64,000 bases of DNA from assembly GCA_965237725.1 (NCBI GenBank), contig OZ250151.1:3497283-3561282 (forward strand), read 5' to 3'. A program made the position numbers and the translations under genes. This DNA comes from Candidatus Spongiihabitans sp. (GTDB lineage Bacteria > Pseudomonadota > Gammaproteobacteria > Arenicellales > Poriferihabitantaceae). Shown piece by piece: positions 46,932-56,418 of this stretch (its first letter is position 1; every line of letters starts with the position of its first letter). Below the pieces are notes generated by a model. It made no database searches. It saw only the letters and a program-made list of their open reading frames with translations, and was not told the origin of the DNA.

Positions 46932-47642
46932 ATGTTCAGTCCAGCGGTAATTGAAAAACTGGAACACTATGTTTATTTTCTTCAGGATCCAAGAAGCGAT
47001 GAAGTATTTTACGTCGGTAAGGGCATTGGTAATCGCGTATTCCACCACGCCCAGGATGCACTGGAACCTTTTGAAAAATCCGCCAAGCTCGATCAGATTC
47101 GACAGATTTATGCCAGCGGACATGAGGTCAGGCATTTCATATTAAGGCACGGATTGACCGAAGTCGTTGCGTTTGAAATCGAGGCTGCGTTTATTGATTA
47201 TATTGGCATGGAAGATTTGTCCAATGTTATGGGTGGGCACTATTCCAGTGACTTCGGGCTCAAGAGCCCAGGTGAAATAATCGCCATGTACCATGGCGAA
47301 GAATTAGATGCGGACTTGCCCATAATGCTGATCAATATCAATAAACACTATGGTCGGGAAATGAGCCAACGCGAGCTCTACAATATCACCCGAAAGGCCT
47401 GGCGAGTCGGTACTCGCCGGGAAAAGGTAAAATATGCAGTTGCGGTCTATGGCGGTTTAACACGTGAAGTGTATCGGGTTAAAAAATGGTTCCCGGTTAA
47501 GGTTAAAGGGAAAATCCGCTGGGGGTTTAAAGCAAAAGGGGGTGCGATCAATTTGGAGGTTCTGGAGAAGCTGCGATATAAATCAGTTCGCTCATATTTT
47601 AAGCCTGGCGCCACTAATCCGATCAAATATTTAAATTGTTAA
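46932..47642 (+). CDS. GIY-YIG-domain nuclease-family protein
   Basis: YVYFLQDPRSDEVFYVGKGIGNRVFHH matches the GIY...YVG...R motif series. I do not recognise the C-terminal ~130 aa. Confidence 0.55.
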   Translation: MFSPAVIEKLEHYVYFLQDPRSDEVFYVGKGIGNRVFHHAQDALEPFEKSAKLDQIRQIYASGHEVRHFILRHGLTEVVAFEIEAAFIDYIGMEDLSNVMGGHYSSDFGLKSPGEIIAMYHGEELDADLPIMLININKHYGREMSQRELYNITRKAWRVGTRREKVKYAVAVYGGLTREVYRVKKWFPVKVKGKIRWGFKAKGGAINLEVLEKLRYKSVRSYFKPGATNPIKYLNC

Positions 47643-47785
47643 TCGGTGCCGAAATTTTCTGAAATTCTCAACATACGCATTCGCTTTATATCAAGGCTTT
47701 ATGTCAAAATAGCGTTAGTACGTAAAATCAGATATCGTAACCGCCATTGGAATTGCAGTACAATTAATCCAGGGCTACGGAAAAT

Positions 47786-48514
47786 ATGCAAATAAAATAT
47801 CGAAACTTAACACCCTGGATGGTCCTTGGATTGTCAATTGCCATGGCATTGTGGGTGGTATTTGAAATGACAAACCGGCTTAGGGAGTTGTCGGTGGAAG
47901 ATCAGGTATTGCACTTTGGCGAAGATTCTGCAGATCCCCAATTACCCCAATCGCTGACACTGGATTCGGTTATAAACGCCCATCTGTTTGGTCTGCCGCC
48001 AACCGAAAAAAAGGTTGTTGTGCCAAAGGTAGTTAATGCCCCCATCACCGAGCTAAATCTTATCCTTAGCGGCCTGGTTATCGGACCAACCCTGGATAGT
48101 GGTTATGCATTGATTGAGGTCGCCCGTGGTGAAACCAGTATTGTTAATATCGGCCAGAAAATTGGAAAAACTGGGGCGGTTCTACATGGCATTGAAGCCG
48201 ATCATATTTTGATTGAGCGCGGTGGAAAAATTGAGAAACTTGAGATGGATCGAGAAGTTCTCGGTAGTGCAAACCAGGAATCAATTTCCATGAACACAAT
48301 AAAACCGCTTAATCTTAGCGAAGCGGAATTGTCGGCCCTTACTGAAATAGGCGAGGCTCAAACAGGCGAGGCTCAATACAGTGAAGTCCAGCAAGAATTT
48401 CAATCCGGGGAAATCCTTGAGAGTGATGACGATTTCCTGGATTCAGACGAAGACCTTGAGCCAGGCCTTGATGAAAATCTGGACCAAAACTCCGAGGTAG
48501 ATGACGGTCAATAA
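47786..48514 (+). CDS. GspC-like (T2SS protein C N-terminal/HR-domain-like) membrane protein with an acidic tail
   Basis: N-terminal TM, then LILSGLVIG...YALIEVARGETSIVNIGQKIGKTGAVLHGIEADHILIERGGKIEKLEM resembling the GspC HR domain. The C-terminus is D/E-rich. Confidence 0.4.
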   Translation: MQIKYRNLTPWMVLGLSIAMALWVVFEMTNRLRELSVEDQVLHFGEDSADPQLPQSLTLDSVINAHLFGLPPTEKKVVVPKVVNAPITELNLILSGLVIGPTLDSGYALIEVARGETSIVNIGQKIGKTGAVLHGIEADHILIERGGKIEKLEMDREVLGSANQESISMNTIKPLNLSEAELSALTEIGEAQTGEAQYSEVQQEFQSGEILESDDDFLDSDEDLEPGLDENLDQNSEVDDGQ

Positions 48515-48518
48515 TCAG

Positions 48519-49457
48519 TTATAGTTTAATATCAGCATCAAAATTTTCCCGGTATCGGGCTTCGATATCGCTTTTGCTGGGGGAGTGATTTTGGGTGCCA
48601 TGCTGTTCAATTTTTATGCCACCCATTAGCGATGCCAGTTGGCCGGCCGACTGCCAGTCCCATTTATTTTGCACCCCATACAACAGCCCAGAACGGAAGG
48701 CGTCACCACAACCCGTTGGGTCCTTGATCTCGGAAATTTTAATGGGCGGAATTTTAATTTGTTGAATCCCAGTGTAAATTTCAGAACCTTCACCACCGCG
48801 AGTAACGATCAATGCTTCAACCTCACTCGTAATTTGTTCCAGTGACTTTCCGGTTTTATCGATCATCATTTCCGATTCATAATCATTTAAAACAACATAG
48901 GTTGCCTGTTCGATAAATCGATTAAGTTCGTCGCCATCAAACATCGGCAATCCCTGGCCGGGGTCGAAGAAAAATGGAATGTTTGCATCCACGAACTGGG
49001 TGCAGTGTTCAATCATGGCATCCCGTCCATCCGGGGCGACAATACCGAGACTGATATCTTTTGCATCGCCCACTTTGTTTTCATTAGCATTATTCATGGC
49101 GCCGGGATGGAAGGCGATAATCTGGTTATTATCCGTGTCGGTGGTGAGAAAGGCCTGGGCGGTATAGGTGTCTGCAATTTCTTTTACGTGGCTGTCATCG
49201 AGACCGATTTTTTTCAACCACTTTCGATAGGGTGCAAAGTCTTCTCCTACTGTGCCCATGGGTACCGGGTTTCCACCGAGCAAATGCAGGTTATATGAAA
49301 TATTGCCGGAACACCCACCAAACTCTTTGCGCATCTCTGGTACAAAAAAGCACACATTCAGAATATGAACCTGATCGGGCAAGATATGATTTTTGAACTG
49401 GTCCTGGAATACCATAATGGTATCGAAGGCAAACGAGCCGGTAACTAATGTGCGCAC
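48519..49457 (-). CDS. PfkB-family carbohydrate/nucleoside kinase (adenosine kinase-like)
   Basis: DPTGCGDAFRSG catalytic motif and the N-terminal GSFAFD pattern. Confidence 0.8.
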   Translation of the reverse strand: MRTLVTGSFAFDTIMVFQDQFKNHILPDQVHILNVCFFVPEMRKEFGGCSGNISYNLHLLGGNPVPMGTVGEDFAPYRKWLKKIGLDDSHVKEIADTYTAQAFLTTDTDNNQIIAFHPGAMNNANENKVGDAKDISLGIVAPDGRDAMIEHCTQFVDANIPFFFDPGQGLPMFDGDELNRFIEQATYVVLNDYESEMMIDKTGKSLEQITSEVEALIVTRGGEGSEIYTGIQQIKIPPIKISEIKDPTGCGDAFRSGLLYGVQNKWDWQSAGQLASLMGGIKIEQHGTQNHSPSKSDIEARYRENFDADIKL

Positions 49458-49514
49458 GAAATTACTCCTGATAAATAGGTTATGAGAAAAAGATTGAATA
49501 TCTTGTTGTTAAAT

Positions 49515-49931
49515 CTAATTGTCGGCTTCGCAGCGCTTGCAGATTCCATAGAGTGTAAGGGAATGATCCTGAATCGAAAAGCCATGCTCTTCAGCAACTT
49601 TTTCCTGAAGTGCTTCGATCCTTTTGTCTAAAAATTCGGTTACGCTGCCACATTTTGCGCAAATCATATGATCGTGGTGATCCTCATCATTTAATTCGAA
49701 TACCGATCTCTCACCTTCAAAATTATGGCGAATCACCAGCTCAGCGCTTTCAAACTGGGTCAACACTCGGTAAACCGTGGCCAGGCCAATGGGGTCGTCT
49801 TCGTCAAGTAGTTCTTTATACACGTCTTCCGCCGAAAGGTGGCGGATCTTGCTGTTTTCCAGAATAGACAGCACCCGCAATCGGGGCAGTGTGGTTTTCA
49901 ATCCCGCCTGCTTTAAGTCTGTGCTATCCAA
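49515..49931 (-). CDS. fur: ferric uptake regulator Fur
   Basis: LKTTLPRLRVLSILE wHTH, HHDHMIC and CxxC pairs (CAKCGSV, CKRC). The track gives a TTG start. Confidence 0.9.
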   Translation of the reverse strand: MDSTDLKQAGLKTTLPRLRVLSILENSKIRHLSAEDVYKELLDEDDPIGLATVYRVLTQFESAELVIRHNFEGERSVFELNDEDHHDHMICAKCGSVTEFLDKRIEALQEKVAEEHGFSIQDHSLTLYGICKRCEADN

Positions 49932-49983
49932 GTTATCTGCTTTTCGTTAAAAATCTGGGTGGGGATTATACAGTACGGCCTTG

Positions 49984-50054
49984 CCTATATGTATTGGCCT
50001 ATATGCCTGGCCCTATATGCAAGGGCGTTTCACAGGACTTTGCTACCCTATATA
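49984..50054. repeat. CCTATATG motif repeated three times at exact 14-bp spacing, plus one degenerate copy, upstream of fur
   Basis: Copies start at about 49984, 49998 and 50012 (gcCTATATGt, gcCTATATGc, ccCTATATGc). A degenerate CCTATATA lies at about 50047. All sit in the ubiI-fur intergenic region. Confidence 0.8.
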
Positions 50055-50062
50055 AAGTGCAA

Positions 50063-51292
50063 TTATTGCTTGCAGATTTCCGGAATGTCGCCGGACAGTC
50101 CCATGGCATATCGGGCAAACTGATTTTTCAGAGGCAGTATCTGGTCGGTTACTTTAAGACCAGCCTGTCGTGCTGTTTTTGCCGGGCCGGTAGTCTGACC
50201 AAATAGGATTTTAAATCCTTTCATCATATTCAACACCAATCCATTATCGCCTTTACGCCATCGCTCATAACGGCGTAAAACCGAATGCTTTGAAATATTC
50301 TGGTTTTTACCCATTGCGTCCTGTACCACTTCAGCCAGTGCTGCGGCATCCATAAATCCGATATTCGCGCCCAGTCCCGCCAGGGGATGAGTGACATGGG
50401 CGGCATCGCCAACCAGGGCGGTAAAGCGCGAGATATACTGAACCGCATGGTATTGTTCCAGAGGGAAACGAAATCGTGTTGTGCAGGTATTTATCTCGCC
50501 CAGATGGGTGCCGAAATATCCGGTCAGTTCGCTACAGAACTGTTGATCAGATAATGACATTAACCGGTCGGCATGGCTCCGATCACAGGACCAGACAATG
50601 GAACAACTGCCGTCTGTCAGGGGCAACAAGGCCACTGGGCCGGAGGGCAAGAACGTCTGCCAGGCGGTATGGCAATGGCTTTTATCAGAGGATATGCAGG
50701 TGACAATGGCGTCTTGCTCATAGTCAAAATAGGCGGCATCTATGTCGCAAATCTCACGAACCTTGGAACGCGCACCATCTGCCCCCACCAGCAATTTACA
50801 AGCGATGCTTTTATTATCATCGGTGGTGATGATTAAGCGATCGTGTTCGATTTGTCGCCCCACCAGGGTTGTATTTTCCAGGATTTTAACGTTGTAGTTC
50901 TGGCGAAGTTTGTCAGCTAGAGATGAGATGATGGCGCTGTTCTCAATGATGTAACCCAGTTGCGCCTGACCTATAGATTGGCGATCAAACGAAATCGATG
51001 CATTGCTTTGGTGTTCCCATACCTCCATGGCATGATAAGGGCTTGGGCGTTTTGCCTCAATATCATCCCAGATATCAAGCTGACGAAATAGATTCATCGA
51101 TGCGATATTAATCGCGCTGACCCGTCCGTAATCCTGGTCTTCGTGCCATTGCTGCAAAGTGCTGGAATCAATTAAGCCTACCTTTAACCCCTGTTTTGCA
51201 AATAAACAGGCCGTAGCACCACCAATCATCCCGGCGCCAGAAACCAGCACATCGAATTCCGAAGTGGTTTTTGAATTTCGACTAGTTGGCAT
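50063..51292 (-). CDS. ubiI: UbiH/UbiF/UbiI(VisC)/COQ6-family FAD-dependent ubiquinone hydroxylase
   Basis: FAD motif VLVSGAGMIGGA. The family DAAH/GLGAN motifs are present. Its position after ubiH matches E. coli pepP-ubiH-visC. Confidence 0.7.
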   Translation of the reverse strand: MPTSRNSKTTSEFDVLVSGAGMIGGATACLFAKQGLKVGLIDSSTLQQWHEDQDYGRVSAINIASMNLFRQLDIWDDIEAKRPSPYHAMEVWEHQSNASISFDRQSIGQAQLGYIIENSAIISSLADKLRQNYNVKILENTTLVGRQIEHDRLIITTDDNKSIACKLLVGADGARSKVREICDIDAAYFDYEQDAIVTCISSDKSHCHTAWQTFLPSGPVALLPLTDGSCSIVWSCDRSHADRLMSLSDQQFCSELTGYFGTHLGEINTCTTRFRFPLEQYHAVQYISRFTALVGDAAHVTHPLAGLGANIGFMDAAALAEVVQDAMGKNQNISKHSVLRRYERWRKGDNGLVLNMMKGFKILFGQTTGPAKTARQAGLKVTDQILPLKNQFARYAMGLSGDIPEICKQ

Positions 51293-51308
51293 TTTTCATC
51301 AACAGGAT

Positions 51309-52628
51309 TTACTCGTTTAACGGGATACCCAGTGCCATGCGGGATTGCCTGCCGGACGCGCCCACAGACAGGCCCATAGTACGATTCAATAAAAATCGTT
51401 TGGCTATAGGCAAGTGTTCAATGGTATTTAATCCTAGATTTCGAACAAATGATATGGGTTTGGACTGGCTGGTAAATACCTCAATAAGGCCATGGGTAAA
51501 CGCACTGACCATTGCGGTATCCCGTTTTCGAGATCCCAGGTACTGATCAATCATGGATTGACTGCCGGGATCTTCATTGCAGTAGATCAGTTCAGCCAGA
51601 GCGGCGACATCTCTCAGGCCCAGATTAAATCCTTGTCCTGCCACGGGGTGGACGGTATGAGCGGCATTACCAATGACAATCACTCTGCTGGCGGCAGGAT
51701 GACTTAAGCTGGAACGTTTTAGGGGGTACGCCATTCTTTTTGATGGTGCACTGAAACTTCCGGCCCGATGACCAAAGGCAGCTTGCAGGGCAGCGGCAAA
51801 ATCAGTATCAGACAATCCCAGGCGTGATTCCAGGTTTTTATCCTGCGTACTCCAAACCACGGCATATCGGTGCTGGCCATTGATTTTGCTATGGGGCAGC
51901 AGGGCCAGGGGACCTTCATCGGTAAACCGTTCATAAGCCCGGCCGTTGTGCTCTCGATCCACGCTAACAATGCTGAGCACTGCAGATTGGTTATATGAAC
52001 TGGACTGATAGTGATTTGATGATCCATCATCGGTATTATCCTGAATTTGGTTTGCGAGGTGTTTCGCCAATGGCGATCGGCCACCATCTGCCAAAACCAC
52101 CAGTTGCGCATTTACACTATGGGTGGTGTTGTCCTGTTCAATAGTTACCGTAGTGCCATCATCCTGAAATTCGATGTCCTCGGCGGTGGCCGGGCAGACC
52201 ACAGTCGTGTTTTCATGCTCGCTCATTTTATCCCATAGCACTTGCCCAATTGTTCGCGTGGGAACAACATAACCCAGGGCATCGGTACCGGCGTGTTTGT
52301 GGGATAAATGGGTTTGTCCAAAATGCCCACGATTGGAAATATGAATATCCAGTATGGGTTCAACCCCTAAATTCAGAATTTCGTCCCAGATACCCATAGC
52401 GCTGAAAATTAGTTTCGCACTATGGGTCAGGGCGACGGTGCGCTCATCGTAACTGGGCTGACTATGGGACTGGTGGGGAACGGATTCCACCACCAGCACT
52501 TTTTTATTCGTCGGGACCAGGGCAACTGCCAGACTGGCACCAACCAGGCCACCGCCAATAATTACAATATCGTATGACGACACGCAATCTTCGAGTTTAT
52601 TACTACTGATCCTGGGTGTTGCGGGCAT
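51309..52628 (-). CDS. ubiH: 2-octaprenyl-6-methoxyphenol hydroxylase
   Basis: FAD motif IVIIGGGLVGAS and GNAAHTVHPVAGQGFNLG. It lies immediately downstream of pepP. Confidence 0.75.
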   Translation of the reverse strand: MPATPRISSNKLEDCVSSYDIVIIGGGLVGASLAVALVPTNKKVLVVESVPHQSHSQPSYDERTVALTHSAKLIFSAMGIWDEILNLGVEPILDIHISNRGHFGQTHLSHKHAGTDALGYVVPTRTIGQVLWDKMSEHENTTVVCPATAEDIEFQDDGTTVTIEQDNTTHSVNAQLVVLADGGRSPLAKHLANQIQDNTDDGSSNHYQSSSYNQSAVLSIVSVDREHNGRAYERFTDEGPLALLPHSKINGQHRYAVVWSTQDKNLESRLGLSDTDFAAALQAAFGHRAGSFSAPSKRMAYPLKRSSLSHPAASRVIVIGNAAHTVHPVAGQGFNLGLRDVAALAELIYCNEDPGSQSMIDQYLGSRKRDTAMVSAFTHGLIEVFTSQSKPISFVRNLGLNTIEHLPIAKRFLLNRTMGLSVGASGRQSRMALGIPLNE

Positions 52629-53929
52629 CAGCTTGCCATCAGTGCTTCGACATCATCCATTTCACTGGGAACATCTTTGGTTAACACTTCATTTCCTTTG
52701 CTGGTGACATGGACATCGTCCTCAATGCGAATGCCGATGTCATGCCATTTGGTGTCGATATCATCTTCGGCAGAAATATACAATCCGGGTTCAACGGTCA
52801 GCACCATGCCAGGTTCCAGAATCCGCCAGTCTTCATCGATTTTATAGTCGCCAACGTCGTGGACATCCATGCCCAACCAATGGCCGGTTCGATGCATATA
52901 AAATCGGTGATAGGCGTTGGTTTCAATCAGCTCATTGACCTCGCCACTTAACAGGCCAATATCAATCAGACCCTCTGTAATAACCCGCACCGCGGTTTCG
53001 TGATATTGAAATACACTGGTGTTGGGCTTAACCTCGGCGATGGCTGCTTTTTGCGAGGCCAGCACAATTTCATATAGCGCCCTTTGTGGACCACTGTATT
53101 TACCATTGACAGGAAAGGTTCGGGTTATATCTGAGGCATAACAATCTACCTCCGCACCGGCATCGATTAGCAATAAATCACCATCGTTTAACTCGGCATT
53201 ATTTTCCACGTAGTGAAGAATGCAGGCATTTTTTCCGCCTGCGACGATGGATGGATATGCCGGAAACTGGCTGCCACCCAGTGAAAATACACATTCCATT
53301 TCCGCCTGGACCTGATATTCATATTTTCCGGGAGCGGTGGACTGCATGGCACGAATGTGCCCTGCAGCGGCCAGTTTTCCTGCGGCGCGCATAATTTTTA
53401 TTTCGTCTTTTTTCTTAATTAAACGCATCTCGTGTAGGATGTGACGCAGATCGACATATTCACCAGGGGCATGGGCGCCAGAGCGGCGATTACTGCGCAC
53501 GGCATTGATGTTGTTCAATAGTTCGCTGTCAAATTCGGGATAACGCCCCATCATGGTAAATACCTTGTCGCGGTTATCCAAAAGCGCGGGGAGATGTTGA
53601 TCTAGCTGTTCGATAGGAAAGGCCTGGTCCGCGCCATAATCTTTGACTGCACCTTCGAGTCCAGCGCGCAGTCCATCCCATTGTTCTTTTGCGGGGTCCT
53701 TCTGGCGACAAAACAACATAAATTCACCCTCGACCCGATTGGGAATAAATACTGCAACGGCTTCGGGTTCGGGGAAATTTGTCAGATAGAAAAAATCGCT
53801 ATCCGGTCTGAACTGAAACAGCACATCGCCATTACGTAATTGATGGTGGGCGGTGGTCAAAATGGCGATACCATCACCAAGCATACTCATCAAATCCTGG
53901 CGTCTACGTTTGTGAATGTCTTGGGACAT
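52628..53929 (-). CDS. pepP: Xaa-Pro aminopeptidase
   Basis: M24B metal-ligand motifs LLIDAGAE..YASDITRT, HRTGHWLGMDVHD and TVEPGLY. Confidence 0.9.
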   Translation of the reverse strand: MSQDIHKRRRQDLMSMLGDGIAILTTAHHQLRNGDVLFQFRPDSDFFYLTNFPEPEAVAVFIPNRVEGEFMLFCRQKDPAKEQWDGLRAGLEGAVKDYGADQAFPIEQLDQHLPALLDNRDKVFTMMGRYPEFDSELLNNINAVRSNRRSGAHAPGEYVDLRHILHEMRLIKKKDEIKIMRAAGKLAAAGHIRAMQSTAPGKYEYQVQAEMECVFSLGGSQFPAYPSIVAGGKNACILHYVENNAELNDGDLLLIDAGAEVDCYASDITRTFPVNGKYSGPQRALYEIVLASQKAAIAEVKPNTSVFQYHETAVRVITEGLIDIGLLSGEVNELIETNAYHRFYMHRTGHWLGMDVHDVGDYKIDEDWRILEPGMVLTVEPGLYISAEDDIDTKWHDIGIRIEDDVHVTSKGNEVLTKDVPSEMDDVEALMAS

Positions 53930-53967
53930 AAAATTAGATTTTTAATTTAGTGTGGATGTTGCAATTC

Positions 53968-54570
53968 TCAATGAATTTCTGCGCTGGGGACGGCGGTTGG
54001 TAACGATGAATTATTGACCAATTCGTCATAAATCAGCTGAACGCCGACGCGCAGGAACTCTTCAATTTCGATAATGGATTTTTCATCTTCATGATCTTTA
54101 TTCTTGATCGAATCGACTTCCATGCTGCTGATATTTAAAACGTCATTGACCATTTCCTGGACTGTTGCGCTACTCTGCGCAATTGCAGATTCACCATCGT
54201 GACAAAAACCGAGCACAAAGCCTTCGCACCAATTGACTATTTCAGTAGCCGTTTCATTGTTGCTGGCGTCTTCACCGGGTAATAACAGATTAAAGCTGAA
54301 TTCGGTGGATTCCAGGTCTCGCAACACCAGATCAAACAGCCCGCTCAGAGCGGCAAATTCTTCCGTGTCGGAAATTTGAAACAAAACCATTTTATTCTGA
54401 ATTTGTTCCGAATTGATGCCCCGACAAGCCAGACCGGTCAGTGCACCATGGGCTTCAGATGCGCCGCTGTTCCAGGCGGTGGACTTCAGTTTTTCGTCCA
54501 GGGTCTGGTATATTTTTTGCTGAAACGCCCTGGGGCTAGCCTGGGGGTTATCCGGATTTGATTCGTTCAT
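53968..54570 (-). CDS. ygfB: UPF0149-family protein YgfB
   Basis: The size, the acidic helical character and the conserved position directly upstream of pepP all fit. Confidence 0.65.
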   Translation of the reverse strand: MNESNPDNPQASPRAFQQKIYQTLDEKLKSTAWNSGASEAHGALTGLACRGINSEQIQNKMVLFQISDTEEFAALSGLFDLVLRDLESTEFSFNLLLPGEDASNNETATEIVNWCEGFVLGFCHDGESAIAQSSATVQEMVNDVLNISSMEVDSIKNKDHEDEKSIIEIEEFLRVGVQLIYDELVNNSSLPTAVPSAEIH

Positions 54571-54601
54571 ATCGCGTCATCTGGACCATTTTTAGGGTTT
54601 T

Positions 54602-55261
54602 TTACCAAGGAAGCTCGCTGCCGTCTGCATGATAAAACGAGCCTGAATTTTCCATGTCGAGCCGATCAACGCGTTCGATTAAGCCCTGGGCTGCCTGTTC
54701 CGGTGGTATGCCATTTTTATCGGTCATTTCCGTTGCAACCATCCCAGGATGGAGCAGAATGACGGCAATGCCCCGTGGTTCCAGATCTCGAGCCAGGTTG
54801 ACTCCCGCCATATTAACAGCGGCTTTGGATATTCTATAGCCATAATAGCCTCCCGAGCTGTTATCGTCTATGGAGCCCATACGACTACTGACAATTCCAA
54901 TTTTTGAGCCGTTTACTAAGTTTTGCTGTAACCCATGAATAACTCGCAGTGGACCCAGGGTATTGACCCGAAACTGGGTTTCTATATGGTCAAAATCCAG
55001 GGTATCCAGGGAATCCCTAAGTAGTATCCCGGCGTTGTGGATCAACATATCCAGCTTGGTATTGCCCAGGGCCTTTTGTAAAACCGGAATGTCATGGGCC
55101 CTGGACACATCGATATCTTGAATGACCTGAACGTTCAGCATATTCAGTTCTGGGGTCGATTTGCGACAGGTAGCGATGACATCGTCACCACGGGCGCTAA
55201 GTTGCCGGCATATTTCCAGGCCAATTCCTCGATTTCCGCCAGTTACTAAAACTTTTGACAT
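54602..55261 (-). CDS. short-chain dehydrogenase/reductase
   Basis: VLVTGGNRGIG cofactor motif and the YRISKAAVN catalytic YxxxK. Confidence 0.85.
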   Translation of the reverse strand: MSKVLVTGGNRGIGLEICRQLSARGDDVIATCRKSTPELNMLNVQVIQDIDVSRAHDIPVLQKALGNTKLDMLIHNAGILLRDSLDTLDFDHIETQFRVNTLGPLRVIHGLQQNLVNGSKIGIVSSRMGSIDDNSSGGYYGYRISKAAVNMAGVNLARDLEPRGIAVILLHPGMVATEMTDKNGIPPEQAAQGLIERVDRLDMENSGSFYHADGSELPW

Positions 55262-55538
55262 GGGATATTGATATTTGGTGGGTTAAATTATTGGGTGTAT
55301 TGTAAACTACCGCTATCAATTTTCTCGAATATAAAATTTTATAATCATAAAATTTTCAAATCTCCAATAAAAATTGATATAGTTACTGAATGTTGATTAA
55401 CAACAACTGACTGTGACCTTTTAACGACTACGATTTTAATATTAATTTTAATTTTGATTAATCCATAATCCAACGACGTCTTGGACTATTAAGAATTCGC
55501 GGACTATCAAAATAGCAAGTTTAAGAATATCGAAAAAT

Positions 55539-55739
55539 ATGGTAGACACAATTGAGAAACTAGAACAACGAATTGCGGACATGATTCAACTGGTAGAGGA
55601 CATGGGGCGGGATAATGAAACTCTGAGGACTGATCAACAAATGCTTCGGCAGGAATTTAGGTCGCTCCAGGAAAAAAACAAGATTGCCAGGGGTAGGGTT
55701 GAGCAAATAGTTGCGCGACTGAAATCCCTCGAACCATAA
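55539..55739 (+). CDS. small coiled-coil protein upstream of zapA (TIGR02449/ZapB-like)
   Basis: 66 aa with heptad-rich sequence. It sits immediately 5' of zapA, as in other Gammaproteobacteria. Confidence 0.55.
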   Translation: MVDTIEKLEQRIADMIQLVEDMGRDNETLRTDQQMLRQEFRSLQEKNKIARGRVEQIVARLKSLEP

Positions 55740-55779
55740 CCATAAACCTAAACCAATAACATTATTGGAGCGCTAATCC

Positions 55780-56103
55780 GTGGCGGATTCAGATAAATCA
55801 AAAAAACAAAGCGTCAAAGTCAGCATAATGCAACGGGAATATACCGTTGCCTGCAGCGATGAAGAAATGGATGGACTGGTGGAGGCAGCGGCTTATCTGG
55901 ACAAACAAATGAGCACTATTTCCAAAGGTAGTCAGGTGCTCGCCATCGATCGCTGTGCAATCATGGCGGGTTTAAATATCAGCCACCTTTATCTGGAATT
56001 GCAGAAAAAGGCTGGCAGTCACGAATCTGTGGATGATCGATTGCAAAAACTCCACGACCAGGTTGATCAGGTTGTATCCAGTATTCAGGAAGTAGAAAAC
56101 TAA
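55780..56103 (+). CDS. zapA: cell division protein ZapA
   Basis: VKVSIMQREYTVACSDEEMDGLVEAAAYLDKQM...AIMAGLNISH matches the ZapA pattern. GTG start. Confidence 0.85.
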   Translation: MADSDKSKKQSVKVSIMQREYTVACSDEEMDGLVEAAAYLDKQMSTISKGSQVLAIDRCAIMAGLNISHLYLELQKKAGSHESVDDRLQKLHDQVDQVVSSIQEVEN

Positions 56104-56129
56104 TTCGTTTTTCTCTAATCCTCTTCGTC

Positions 56130-56168
56130 GGCCCTCTCCATCGGCCCGCTCCATCAGCCCTCTCCATC
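56130..56168. repeat. 13-bp tandem repeat x3 (GGCCCTCTCCATC-like) between zapA and 6S RNA
   Basis: Three contiguous units: ggccctctccatc / ggcccgctccatc / agccctctccatc. Confidence 0.85.
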
Positions 56169-56194
56169 ACCCCTTCGGCTTTTTAGTTTTCTCT

Positions 56195-56405
56195 GGTACA
56201 CTTCACTTTGGTATTACCTGCGGTGTTCGAGTTGTTCTCCGAATCCCTTAGAACCTAATATTTATACTCGGGTGCTGTTATGAATGACCGGCGTGTATGA
56301 CCCCAGCCTGGCTGGTGCGAATCCCAAAGTTATTCTTTGTACCCACTTGGACCTCCTTGGTTCAAGGTAAAGTGAGCATACGGCACTCGCGGGTAATGCT
56401 TTTTA
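56195..56405 (+). ncRNA. ssrS: 6S RNA (SsrS)
   Basis: A non-coding gap lies in the conserved zapA-ssrS-ygfA position. The 3' part, ccttggttcaagg...cggcactcgcgggtaatgc, resembles E. coli 6S (CCUUGAACCAAGGGUUCAAGG...GCCUGCGGCGGCAUC). The 5' gtattacctgcg can pair with the 3' cgcgggtaatgc. An internal hairpin CCAGCC/GGCTGG is present. A T-run follows the closing helix. The ends are approximate. Confidence 0.7.
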
Positions 56406-56418
56406 TCTCTCCGTTTAG

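Noticed and set aside
55330-55358. ATAAAATTTTAT...ATAAAATTTT A/T palindromes in the SDR/zapA-side divergent region, considered as a Fur box
   Set aside because: They do not match the GATAATGATAATCATTATC consensus beyond A/T richness. Self-complementarity of AAAATTTT is trivial in A/T-rich promoter DNA.
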